From positions 1,075,691 through 1,139,690 of the forward strand of contig OY970378.1 of NCBI GenBank assembly GCA_963718875.1: 64,000 nucleotides of DNA. The letters are read 5' to 3'. Positions 28,860 through 38,619 of the stretch are shown here, in pieces. The DNA comes from Candidatus Parcubacteria bacterium (lineage in GTDB: Bacteria; Patescibacteriota; Saccharimonadia; UBA4664; JBIOIQ01). The notes under the pieces were generated by a model. That model saw only the letters and a list, made by a program, of their open reading frames with translations. It had not been told where the DNA came from and made no database searches. The position numbers were made by a program, and so were the translations under genes. Positions within the stretch are counted from its first letter, which is position 1. Each line of letters begins with the position of its first letter.

Positions 28860-29261
28860 ATGGATAGGAATAAAAGACAAGCTGGTTTCACTTTACTAGA
28901 AGTAGTTGTAACGATTGCAATTATTGCAATCGGCACGCTAGCCATCGCAACAATATCAATAAATACTGGAAACTTAAATCGTCAATCTCGGAACTTGGCA
29001 ATCGCAACGGCTATTGCTCAGCAAAAGATGGAGGCAGTCCGCAATTTACCTTACGCCTCAATTTCGGCTAACGAAAACTTTACAAGTTCACTGCCACCAC
29101 AACTTGGTTCGCCACGCTCGGCAACCGCCACTTTTAATAACCTTACTCCACCAGTGCCAAACCTTAAGCGATTCGACATAATAATTTACTATACCGATAG
29201 AGGCCTGAGGCGTGACGCACATGTATCAACATTAATCTACGCGCAAGGGATTAATCGGTGA
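28860..29261 (+). CDS. Minor pilin
   Basis: GFTLLEVVV prepilin motif. Confidence 0.85.
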   Translation: MDRNKRQAGFTLLEVVVTIAIIAIGTLAIATISINTGNLNRQSRNLAIATAIAQQKMEAVRNLPYASISANENFTSSLPPQLGSPRSATATFNNLTPPVPNLKRFDIIIYYTDRGLRRDAHVSTLIYAQGINR

Positions 29262-29923
29262 GGGTTTTTTTAGAAACTGAGGGCTATTCATTAATTGAAA
29301 TGGTATTTGTCATGAGCATATTGGGTGGACTCTTTTTGATTATGTCAGATTTTTATGCAAACGAGCTGGTTAGCTACAATCGAAACTTCACGCAAACAAT
29401 TCTTCAAAACAATGTTAAGCAAGCACTTGAGACGGTTGGAAGGGATTTAAGAGAAGCAAGTAGCGTTCAAGATAGCAACGTTTGGGGTGATCCCAATAGG
29501 CCCGGAGGATGGCAAAGCACGCCTACTGCAATTGTATTGGCTGAGCCTGCCTTAGATTCCTCTGATAACGTAATTTATGCCGACCCTACTCACACAACAA
29601 TCAAGACAAATGATGTAATTTATTTTGTGGGGTCAGATAACTCCTTATATAGACGGCGTATAGCGAACCCCGATGTAAATAATGCGGAGCCAACAACTTG
29701 TCCGGCTGCATCGGCTAGCCCGAGCTGTCCCCCCGATGGTAAGGTTGTGGAAAACATTGCTTCTCTTTCAATTTTATATTTTGATACTTCTAACAATAAC
29801 GTACCTAGTTCTCCGTATAGCGCAGTTTATTCTGTTCAGCTTACAATGACTCAAAGTCTTACTTCATTCGGCAAGACTTATACCACTGGACTTACAAGCC
29901 AATCGTCATTGAGGAACCGATAA
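29258..29923 (+). CDS. Minor pilin (PilW-like)
   Basis: GYSLIEMVF prepilin motif. Confidence 0.8.
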   Translation: MRVFLETEGYSLIEMVFVMSILGGLFLIMSDFYANELVSYNRNFTQTILQNNVKQALETVGRDLREASSVQDSNVWGDPNRPGGWQSTPTAIVLAEPALDSSDNVIYADPTHTTIKTNDVIYFVGSDNSLYRRRIANPDVNNAEPTTCPAASASPSCPPDGKVVENIASLSILYFDTSNNNVPSSPYSAVYSVQLTMTQSLTSFGKTYTTGLTSQSSLRNR

Positions 29924-31275
29924 TGGGAAAACTTATGAATCTTAAAATCATTACCCATGTTTTACGTTCAAGCGTTCAGCTTGTAGAGAACGGTAAGGAT
30001 CAAGGTGGCTCGGTCTTGGTGGGTGTACTCATTAGCATGGTGTTCTTTATGACTGTGACTGTAGCTGTCTCTGAATATAGCGTTAATCATTTTTCCAGCA
30101 CAAAGCGCACACTAGCCGCACTTGACGCCTTAGCTGTGGCTGAGGCTGGTGCAGATAGTTTTTTGTACAATATTAACCAAGTAAACACATACACCGGTAC
30201 TGCTGAGACAAATCTATACACCAATGACCCAGTTAAAGGAAGGGGAACATATCAGTCAAGCGTAGCCAATGGGACTGTGCCAAATGAAAAAATCGTTTTT
30301 ATCACTGGCCGGGTTTATCTGCCTCACACTGCCACTACTCCAAAAGTTACCCGTAAAATAAAGTTAGTTATTAATAGCACTAATCCTACTCCACCTGTTT
30401 TGCCAGGTTCTTTTAATTTGCCCATAGACATATTAACTGGCAACGACAATGATAGTTTGGTTATGAACAACGGTGCCTTTATAAACAATGGGAAGGTTCA
30501 CTCTAATGGGGGAATCCGGCTTAGCAATATGGCTAGAATCGGTTCGGTCGCGATACCGGTGCCTGTAACTGTATCCAATAGTAATAACATTGCAAACCCC
30601 ATAAATATTCTTAACATGTCTCGAATCATTGGCGATGTCAGTGCCAACCTGCAGACAGATGGTTCCGACATGAGCAATGCCGGGTTGATTGCCTCAGGAG
30701 GTGTAGCACCAGTAGCATTTCCAAATCATAATCGAGCGGGACAAATAGCAGTAGCTAGCCCGGCCGTCTCAGGAGCCTCAGCAAGCTGTAGTGGTTCTAC
30801 TGCTACTTGGCCCGCTAATTTTCATGTTAGCGGTGATGTCACTATCTCTAACTGCACCATTACAATAATGGGTGATGTCTGGATTGAAGGTCGTTTGACA
30901 TTACAAAACTCCACAATACTTCAAGTCGACTCGTCTGTCGTGACCTTTCCAGTCCTCATGGTAGATGGGAATGCTGGTGGAGGTATAGCCCTACATAACT
31001 CTGCGGCTTTTACACCAAATTCCGCTGGCTTTGGTTTTATAGTGGCCTCATATAGTACTGCTAACAATAGTATTATTTTTAATAACACATCTAATGCTGT
31101 GGGGAGCGTCTTGTATTCTCCGGTGGGGACAACTGCTTTTAATAATAACAGCGGGATTGGCACAAGAGCTGTTTTTAGCTATAGGATTGTGATGAATAAT
31201 GTTTTTACGCTAACAATTGGATCTCCGGGAACTCTTATATGGAGCGTCGGGTATTATCAGCAAGATTTTAGCTAG
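29923..31275 (+). CDS. PilX-like pilin with beta-solenoid C terminus
   Basis: G.VL..hydrophobic helix, AEAG motif; Asn/Ser-rich repeats. Confidence 0.7.
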   Translation: MGKLMNLKIITHVLRSSVQLVENGKDQGGSVLVGVLISMVFFMTVTVAVSEYSVNHFSSTKRTLAALDALAVAEAGADSFLYNINQVNTYTGTAETNLYTNDPVKGRGTYQSSVANGTVPNEKIVFITGRVYLPHTATTPKVTRKIKLVINSTNPTPPVLPGSFNLPIDILTGNDNDSLVMNNGAFINNGKVHSNGGIRLSNMARIGSVAIPVPVTVSNSNNIANPINILNMSRIIGDVSANLQTDGSDMSNAGLIASGGVAPVAFPNHNRAGQIAVASPAVSGASASCSGSTATWPANFHVSGDVTISNCTITIMGDVWIEGRLTLQNSTILQVDSSVVTFPVLMVDGNAGGGIALHNSAAFTPNSAGFGFIVASYSTANNSIIFNNTSNAVGSVLYSPVGTTAFNNNSGIGTRAVFSYRIVMNNVFTLTIGSPGTLIWSVGYYQQDFS

Positions 31276-31350
31276 CCTTGACAAGCTAATCTTAGACTAT
31301 GCCTAGTAAGAGGTGTTATAATTAACATGCTAATGCTTAATTAGTTAGAG

Positions 31351-32412
31351 GTGAGATTGCGCGTCCCGATCGTATATAAAAATTTACCCGTACTGGGCTT
31401 GGATATTGGGAGTCGGACGGTCAAGTTGGTGCAGTTGGCGACTCAAGGATCACCGAGCCGTGTACTTGGTTATGGATTTGCGGCTTTTCCACCCGATTCT
31501 ATTACAGAAGGCATTATTTCTGACCCTGAGCCTATTGCTGCTGCTATTAAGTCGGTTTTGCGAGACCCTAAAGGTGGCCATTTTTCTGCGCGACGAGTAA
31601 TTATGTCTGTCCCTGTCGCCAAAGTTTTTACCCGGACACTTCAGCTCCCCACCCTACTATCTTCGGCAGAGCTCGAGCAAGCAGTTAAACTTGAGGCGGA
31701 ACAATACGTACCAGTACCGCTGGCCGATCTTTATATTGATTATGAGATAATCCCAGCCAGTGAGAGCCAAGACTACCTTGAAATACTAATGGTGGCTGCG
31801 CCAAAAGCAATCATTGATTCATATATAAAACTATTCGACTTTGTCGATTTTGAAGTTGAGGCCATAGAAACAGGTTTAACATCCATCACTCGTGCTATGG
31901 TGGCTGCCAGTAGGCCTAAGGGCAATGCATTGATAGTAGATTTTGGCACCCGATCAGCTGACCTTGCCATTTACGATAAAGCGGTTCGACTGACAGGGAC
32001 TTTTGCCGTTGGTGGAGAGGACTTAACTCAGACCCTTGTGAAACAACTAGGAATTACGGCTGATCAAGCTACGGAGATAAAGTATAAATTTGGTATTAAT
32101 CAAAGTGGGTTACAGGCCAAAATACTAGAAGCTCTTCGCCCACAACTCAATACTTTGACGAATGAAATTAAAAAGGTTTTAAAATACTACGAAGATCGCA
32201 GTCGAAACCAAACCAAGATTGAAGCCATGATTGCCACAGGGGGGAGCGCTAGTATGCCGGGGTTGGTTGATTATATGTACCATAATATTGGAGTGCCCAT
32301 TATCGTAGGTAATCCGTGGTATGGGTTACAAGTAGATACCTCCCCCGATAAACTTGAGGCACCGATGTATGCTACAGCTATTGGCCTGGCTCAACGGAGT
32401 CTTAAAGAATGA
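31351..32412 (+). CDS. pilM: Type IV pilus assembly protein PilM
   Basis: GLDIGS..VKLV, DFG, TGG, A.AIGLA. Confidence 0.9.
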   Translation: MRLRVPIVYKNLPVLGLDIGSRTVKLVQLATQGSPSRVLGYGFAAFPPDSITEGIISDPEPIAAAIKSVLRDPKGGHFSARRVIMSVPVAKVFTRTLQLPTLLSSAELEQAVKLEAEQYVPVPLADLYIDYEIIPASESQDYLEILMVAAPKAIIDSYIKLFDFVDFEVEAIETGLTSITRAMVAASRPKGNALIVDFGTRSADLAIYDKAVRLTGTFAVGGEDLTQTLVKQLGITADQATEIKYKFGINQSGLQAKILEALRPQLNTLTNEIKKVLKYYEDRSRNQTKIEAMIATGGSASMPGLVDYMYHNIGVPIIVGNPWYGLQVDTSPDKLEAPMYATAIGLAQRSLKE

Positions 32413-32936
32413 TTAATCTTATTCCCCCTGCAATAAAGGAAGAAATGAAGTTTGCGCGCTGGAATACTTCATTAATTCGATATATTGCTGTGGTAGCTTT
32501 AGTGGCAATACTGCTTGGAGCAAGCTTTGCGGGAACGTTTATTTATTTAAAACGAAAAGTCTCTAGCATAGATCAAAGCTTGGTTGAAAAGCAGCTAAAG
32601 ATTGACTCCTATGAATCAGTCGTAAAAGCTGCCAGTGAGCTCAATGAGAGGGTAGCGGCAATTAAAATTATTCAAAAGAACCAGCCTAAGTTTTCTCTAT
32701 TACTTGAAGATATTGCTAAGTTCTCCTTAAAAGGCACTTCTATTACGAGCATAGCCTTAACTGGTGACGACAAAAAATCGGTACAAGTATCTGCTACGAC
32801 TAATGGGTACGTGGCGGGGGTAAGTTTGCGCGACGCCTTAGCATCGTCTCCTCGCGTAAATGCCGCTGATATAGTTTCAGTCAGCAACACCAACGTAGTA
32901 ATTGTGATTGGATTTAAACCGGGGCAGGCAAGATGA
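32409..32936 (+). CDS. pilN: PilN-like protein
   Basis: MINLIP motif, TM helix, coiled coil. Confidence 0.8.
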   Translation: MINLIPPAIKEEMKFARWNTSLIRYIAVVALVAILLGASFAGTFIYLKRKVSSIDQSLVEKQLKIDSYESVVKAASELNERVAAIKIIQKNQPKFSLLLEDIAKFSLKGTSITSIALTGDDKKSVQVSATTNGYVAGVSLRDALASSPRVNAADIVSVSNTNVVIVIGFKPGQAR

Positions 32937-33487
32937 GTGCAAGACGATTTTATTTTGGTGCACTTGGAGGTTTAGGAGTGCTGGTGGCGATAGGGGTAGC
33001 AGGTGACTACTTTGCAACCGTAACGCTACGCAAGCAAAAAACCGTATTGCAAACGAGGCTAGCTTTTGACGAAGTAACAAGTAATAAAATTATTCAGTTG
33101 GCTGAACTTGAAAAGACTTACAAAAAACTCAAGCCTCTGGTGCCACAGATCCAGGCCGCCCTTCCAAAAAGCAAACAACAATCCGAAGTTGCCCTCCAGC
33201 TACAAAAATTGGCGGCTTCAGCTGAAATGACTATACCTAGCGTATCATTTACTGCCCCAAAGGATTTACCAAACGCTACTAGCCAAACAATAGCCGAAAA
33301 CGGAGTGCTGGCATTACCAGTAACTTTTCAAATGGAGGGTACTTACCCCAAGCTTCAAACCTTTTTGCGAAGTGTCGAAAATCTTAATCGCTATACGGGG
33401 GTTTCATCCCTTTCAATATCACGCAAAGATGATAAGTCTGACTTGCTTAAATTTGATATAACTGTGAAGGTATATATAAAGCCATGA
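32933..33487 (+). CDS. pilO: PilO-like protein
   Basis: ALP, G.Y..L..FL..VE...R. Confidence 0.8.
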   Translation: MSARRFYFGALGGLGVLVAIGVAGDYFATVTLRKQKTVLQTRLAFDEVTSNKIIQLAELEKTYKKLKPLVPQIQAALPKSKQQSEVALQLQKLAASAEMTIPSVSFTAPKDLPNATSQTIAENGVLALPVTFQMEGTYPKLQTFLRSVENLNRYTGVSSLSISRKDDKSDLLKFDITVKVYIKP

Positions 33488-33777
33488 GTAAGCCGCAAGA
33501 TAGCCTTAAGCCGATACTGTCAACAATCGTTAAATTCCGCGCATTTCTTGTTACTCTCGTAATTTTGGCAGTTTGCGGATACACGACTTACCAAATCAGC
33601 GGGGTTGTAGCTGTAAGCCCTGACGCTACCAGCATTGAAAGTGCAAATAAAGCTGTGGGAGCTACTGAGGTAAGGTTTGATATGCCAACAATTAACACTA
33701 TAGTGAAGCAAAATCCGCTTCAAGTTAGCACAGACTTAAATGGGATTGGTACTTCCAACCCATTTTTGGGAAATTGA
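33484..33777 (+). CDS. Small membrane protein (PilP position)
   Basis: TM helix, terminal NPF motif, operon position. Confidence 0.6.
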   Translation: MSKPQDSLKPILSTIVKFRAFLVTLVILAVCGYTTYQISGVVAVSPDATSIESANKAVGATEVRFDMPTINTIVKQNPLQVSTDLNGIGTSNPFLGN

Positions 33778-33799
33778 TTCCTTTTAAAAACTCCTAAGG

Positions 33800-34339
33800 C
33801 TAAGGTCGGACATAGGTATGCTCTTTTTCAAATATTTCATGAGCATCGTTAATTGTTTCGGCCACCGTTAGCGGATCGCCTACCGGGCGAAAAACAAAGT
33901 TTTCGTTCTCTCCGGCCGTTTCGATCAAAATTTCGCCGTAATTAAGCAGGGTAGGTAAAACCCCTTTGCGCGTACCTTTTACATCTTGTAACTCGTCAAG
34001 GCTAAATTTGGATAATACCCGACCAAACAGACCGGTTTGGGTAATCTGGGTCAAATGTTGGTTGGTGAGGATAACGCGGTTTTGGCGAAATATAATGTAA
34101 GCAACTACTGCAACCACAATCATTAGTAAATCTACGACCATTATGAGTGTAGTGACTGTTGCGGCACTAACCAGCGACCCAAAAACATTGGTATTAGCGG
34201 TTAGCCAACTTTGGGCAAAAGCACTTGCAAGCAGCACCAAGACCGTTGCCACTATTACTGGAACATAGTTTATGATATGGCGATGATATATATACAGAAC
34301 TTCTTCGCCAGGATTTAATGTCATATATGTTTCGGGCAC
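33800..34339 (-). CDS. Bacterial PH-domain membrane protein
   Basis: Two TM helices, LTNQ, GLF, YG.I.IETAG. Confidence 0.8.
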   Translation of the reverse strand: MPETYMTLNPGEEVLYIYHRHIINYVPVIVATVLVLLASAFAQSWLTANTNVFGSLVSAATVTTLIMVVDLLMIVVAVVAYIIFRQNRVILTNQHLTQITQTGLFGRVLSKFSLDELQDVKGTRKGVLPTLLNYGEILIETAGENENFVFRPVGDPLTVAETINDAHEIFEKEHTYVRP

Positions 34340-34529
34340 TTGCTTGTCTCGTTAAATGTTTATGTATTATACAACCTCTCGACCACTTTTACTAGAGTTC
34401 GGGGTTGTCGCCAGCTCAAAAATGACGACGCCCCTGAACTACGGGGAATCGCCAAAGCGATTGCGACCGTGGCCCAAGGGCGGAATCAGGCCGAAAGCTC
34501 GGCAAGTTCTGGTCAAGGCGGACAATGAA

Positions 34530-35003
34530 TTACGTTTTCAAAGGAACGGGTTTGCCCAGGCGAGAACTCAGGGTGTCAGACTCAAGAACCTGGAGTCGTA
34601 CGGTGTATCCCCTATGTGTGGGCTCTTGGCGGCGGTCCACCCCTGGTGACATTGTCCAACCTTCTCCCATGTCCAACCTGAATGTGGTGTATGCCATAGG
34701 CCCTTCACCGGGCTCAGGCACGATCGCACGATTAAACCCGATCTTGCACGAAGCGACTGGCTTTCCCTCAAGGAATAATGCAATAACTTGGTCACGAATG
34801 ACTCGAGAAAGTGTCTCTGAACCCAACTCTGTGCGAGGGCCATACACTGTCACGACAAGGTTGACTTGCGCCTTTCCCCATCGGGCATAATGGATTCCGA
34901 CAGAGAACCCTGGGTGATCTGGCAGTTCCATACTGGTGCAACCACCTTCGGCAAAGCTTAACTGAGCTAATGCATGGGATACCGATTCGAGTAGACTAAG
35001 CAC
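34530..35003 (-). CDS. Hypothetical protein (orphan unit)
   Basis: AAGGAGG-N5-GTG at 35003; TTGAAA-N17-CATAAT at 35085-35057. Confidence 0.55.
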   Translation of the reverse strand: MLSLLESVSHALAQLSFAEGGCTSMELPDHPGFSVGIHYARWGKAQVNLVVTVYGPRTELGSETLSRVIRDQVIALFLEGKPVASCKIGFNRAIVPEPGEGPMAYTTFRLDMGEGWTMSPGVDRRQEPTHRGYTVRLQVLESDTLSSRLGKPVPLKT

Positions 35004-35376
35004 AACAGCCTCCTTAAAGCTTCCGGGAATGCGCAACATTTGTGCACATAATGGTGATTATGAACTCGCTAAAGTGTTTTTTCAAGCATAAGCAGTCCCA
35101 ACGCGTTTTTGTTTTCGGGCAAAATAAAAGAATTCATCTAATATACTTCGTGTCAGCTGAAACTAATTTTTCAACCCTCTGGAAGCGCTTATACCTTTTC
35201 CCCATAGCTCAATTTGTAATACAATACATTACAATCCGTTATAATCCGAAGCTTCTAAAAAGACCGGGGTGCTCCTTGGGAGGGTTGAATAAATTGGTGT
35301 TTATAATACAAGAGCCACGAGTCACAAAATAATATCATTAGAGGTTAACTGAACGTACGAAAGAAGAACAGTCGGA

Positions 35377-36408
35377 TTAGAGGAGAGTCGTTTGGTCAAT
35401 TGTAGTGGGCGGTTGAACGCCAAGGTGTAGATAAGCCTTGGGCGTAACCTTGCGACCACGGTTGGTGCGTTCAAGTAACCCGAGTTGCATTAAGTAAGGC
35501 TCATAGACATCTTCTACGGTAGCTTTTTCTTCTGAACAAATAGCCGCAATCGTCTCAATCCCCACCGGCCCACCTGCGTAATGCTCGATAATAGCAGACA
35601 AAATACGGCGGTCATTGGCATCTAGGCCTAGTTCGTCAATTTCCAGCATATCCAGTGCTTGTCCGGCCAAGCTAACATTAATGGTGCCACTCCCATTAAC
35701 CTGGGCAAAGTCCCTCACCCTTTTAAGTAAGCGGTTAGCTATGCGAGGCGTCAAGCGAGAGCGTTTGGCAACTTCGGCGGCCGAAGCCTGGTCTATGTCG
35801 ACATTTAAAATACCAGCGGCGCGTTGAAGGATTTGTTCAATCTCAGCCTGTGAATAGTATTCAAAGCGGTGGACAATGCCAAAGCGGTCACGTAGCGGCG
35901 CCGACAGCGCTCCTACTCGAGTAGTAGCTCCAATAAGAGTAAATTTGGGCAGGTCGAGCCGAATCGACTTTGCCGATGGACCTTTGCCCAGCATAACGTC
36001 AATACCGTAGTCTTCCATGGCAGGATATAAAACTTCTTCGACTGTTTTAGGCAGACGATGGATTTCGTCAACAAATAATATGTCACCATCACTTAAGTTT
36101 GTCAGGATCGACGCCAGGTCTCCAGCCCGTTCAATAGCCGGTCCGCTAGTGACTCTAAGTCCTGACCGCATTTCAGCGGCTATCACGCCCGCCATAGTAG
36201 TTTTACCTAAACCCGGGGGACCATATAGCAATACGTGGTCTACCGGCTCGCCGCGCTTGCTAGCTGCTTCAATAGCGAGCTGCAGGTTGTCCTTAATGGC
36301 TCTTTGGCCAATTAGACTGGCAAAGCTTCGTGGCCGCAGGGTTTCTTCAATTTGCTGCTCGCCTGGGTCTAGCTGCTCCTCGTCGGCGGCCGTGATTCGC
36401 TCAATCAT
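35377..36408 (-). CDS. ruvB: Holliday junction helicase RuvB
   Basis: [26 protein letters not shown]. Confidence 0.97.
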   Translation of the reverse strand: MIERITAADEEQLDPGEQQIEETLRPRSFASLIGQRAIKDNLQLAIEAASKRGEPVDHVLLYGPPGLGKTTMAGVIAAEMRSGLRVTSGPAIERAGDLASILTNLSDGDILFVDEIHRLPKTVEEVLYPAMEDYGIDVMLGKGPSAKSIRLDLPKFTLIGATTRVGALSAPLRDRFGIVHRFEYYSQAEIEQILQRAAGILNVDIDQASAAEVAKRSRLTPRIANRLLKRVRDFAQVNGSGTINVSLAGQALDMLEIDELGLDANDRRILSAIIEHYAGGPVGIETIAAICSEEKATVEDVYEPYLMQLGLLERTNRGRKVTPKAYLHLGVQPPTTIDQTTLL

Positions 36409-36420
36409 CGCTTACTCCAA

Positions 36421-36540
36421 CCAACAAGATACAAGAAACAAGGCACAAACAGACTCCTACTTTCAAAATCCAAAGAGTTTGATTATTGAATATTGATACT
36501 TGGAGATTCTTTGTATCTTGTATCTTGTATCTTGTATCTT
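36421..36540. repeat. Gene-less inverted heptamer repeat element
   Basis: GATACAAGAAACAAG identical to 18108-18122; (TTGTATC)x4 at 36511-36538. Confidence 0.7.
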
Positions 36541-36546
36541 TAAAAA

Positions 36547-37113
36547 TCATCGTGCGGCCTTTAATGCTGCCTTAATCCGTTCTTGATCGCCTGTTACGCT
36601 AGCTGGTATTTTGGCAACGGCGGCGGCGGCTTGAACAGGAGTGAAGCCCAATCCTACTAAAGCCTGATAAGCCGCATCGCCTTCAGCGGCGGCATTGGAA
36701 TGGACGTCATTTAGCTTCCCCCGTAACTCCACAATAATCCGCTCGGCGGTTTTTTTACCTACTCCGGCAGTGCCTTTGAGCAAATCTGAATCGCCGCTGG
36801 CAATAGCTTGCTGCAAGCGCGATAAAGAGGCGGCTGAAAGCACTGCCAAGGCTACTTTTGGACCTACACCACTAACGCCAAGGAGGGAGGTAAATAAATC
36901 CTTGGCCGCTAGTTCGCTAAATCCAAATAAGTTATGGGCGTCCTCTCGGATTTGTTCATATATATAGTAGCGGCCCTCTTGACCCACTTTGGCAGCACCC
37001 CAATCAGAGGTTGCAACGTGCAACTCATATTCAACCGCTCCCGCGCCTACCAGTAGGGTATCGGGCAATTTTTCGGTCACTAGTCCTGTAATTCGCCCAA
37101 TCAATTTTGACAC
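36547..37113 (-). CDS. ruvA: Holliday junction binding protein RuvA
   Basis: IRED..LFGF, VSGVGPK, GVGKKTAERI. Confidence 0.95.
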   Translation of the reverse strand: MSKLIGRITGLVTEKLPDTLLVGAGAVEYELHVATSDWGAAKVGQEGRYYIYEQIREDAHNLFGFSELAAKDLFTSLLGVSGVGPKVALAVLSAASLSRLQQAIASGDSDLLKGTAGVGKKTAERIIVELRGKLNDVHSNAAAEGDAAYQALVGLGFTPVQAAAAVAKIPASVTGDQERIKAALKAAR

Positions 37114-37197
37114 TCAGACAGTAGGAAGAAGGCAGAAGGCGGTAGTTTTTGATAGTACTGACCCCTGATGCCTGACCCCTGATGCCTATAACGAGAT

Positions 37198-37413
37198 TTA
37201 GTGAACATGAGATTTAGCTTTTAGCTCGATCATATCGGCTGAGTGTTCATGGATGACGCCCTTTATTATTTGGATATCAGATTTTACCTCTGCCATATCG
37301 GTCTTAAGCACGCCGATATCCTCACGAGTAGCAAGAACCACCTCAACTACACCATCAATCTTTGAGTGCAGATCTTCTAAAATAACTTCAAAATGTTCTT
37401 TTTTCACATTCAT
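37198..37413 (-). CDS. Small coiled-coil hypothetical protein
   Basis: Heptad pattern LK.D.AEVKSDI. Confidence 0.55.
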   Translation of the reverse strand: MNVKKEHFEVILEDLHSKIDGVVEVVLATREDIGVLKTDMAEVKSDIQIIKGVIHEHSADMIELKAKSHVH

Positions 37414-37766
37414 CCTTTTTATTCTAAACCAGGTCTATTAGATAGTATACCGAACTAAAGCCGAACAAGCAAGTTACCCCTTTAAATACAAAAGAAGCCG
37501 TTTGACGGGCTTCTTGTTGCGATGGTGTGTTTTTAATAAACCATCTTTACCACCTGTAGTGGTACAAGTTCATTATGCTTTTTTGAACAATGCTAACTAA
37601 TGGATATTGTTACAATTATTGGTTACTTTGGCGGTCGAGTTATTGGAACCGTAGCCTGTAATTGTGTACCAATCTAAAACCTCGATTCGCGATCAAGGGC
37701 TTGGGTTGGGGCGGCTCCCCGGTCGATGTGACCGAGGAGCCGCAAGATGGACGAGAGCGATCTTGG

Positions 37767-38204
37767 CTAGCCGACGTGGATGCTCCTGCCTTGTGCGGAG
37801 ATGTTCACGTTCTGGAACTTGGCCAACTCTGGAACCAGGGCCTTGGGGATGATGACCCAGCCGTTCCGGTCAACGAATGAAAGGGTGCCCGTGATTTGGC
37901 CCATTGACCTGGGCGAAAGTCCAGTGGGTGTCTCAACGACCCTGTACACCGTTGCGCGGAAATTAACGAGAGAGTCGAGGCTGGCTCGCTCAGTCCCAAC
38001 GGCTGTGAATCGCACGTTCAGAGTCAGCTGCTTGCCACCCCAGACGGAACTCGCCTGAAGGGTGATCACAACAATCCGGCGGTCCGCCAGACTGCGGTTG
38101 ATGGTGTCCATCTCAGACGGGGATGCGACGATGCCGAACTCCTCGTAGAGGTCGGTGTCGACTTCAACCATCTGCAGATGCTTGGCACGGATAGGGTGAC
38201 CCAT
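37767..38204 (-). CDS. GC-rich hypothetical protein (orphan unit)
   Basis: AAAGGAG SD; hairpin 37711-37743 downstream. Confidence 0.7.
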   Translation of the reverse strand: MGHPIRAKHLQMVEVDTDLYEEFGIVASPSEMDTINRSLADRRIVVITLQASSVWGGKQLTLNVRFTAVGTERASLDSLVNFRATVYRVVETPTGLSPRSMGQITGTLSFVDRNGWVIIPKALVPELAKFQNVNISAQGRSIHVG

Positions 38205-38302
38205 GATGGGCGCTCCTTTGGAACAGGTTCCTTGACAGGCAGGAACGACCTCTTATTTCGGCCTAAACCGAAACGGCCTGGCCATAACGACACAGGACTT
38301 TT

Positions 38303-38331
38303 ATTATACCAATAATGCTCATGTTTGTCAA
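38303..38331 (-). promoter_or_regulatory. Perfect sigma70 consensus promoter
   Basis: TTGACA-N17-TATAAT on the minus strand. Confidence 0.8.
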
Positions 38332-38619
38332 CTTTGCGCTCAGTTTGATGGCTTTGTCGGTATTTACTCCCTGAGCCTGTCGAAGGGCCGATTTTTGCGC
38401 TGTCTAGATTAATAGATCCCGGATCCGGAGCGCCACCGTAGACATCGTTCGCGGTGGCTTCCGGTGCGGGATGACAGTGTAGGAAGAAGTCGGGCTGTTT
38501 GCACTTTGCTACTTACTCTGCAGCCATTGCTTGATTCGTTATTCTCAAAAACCATATGCAGACTGGGCTAAATATGTCAAGACTATCGTCTGCACGCTCA
38601 AACGGGTATAATAGCAGCT

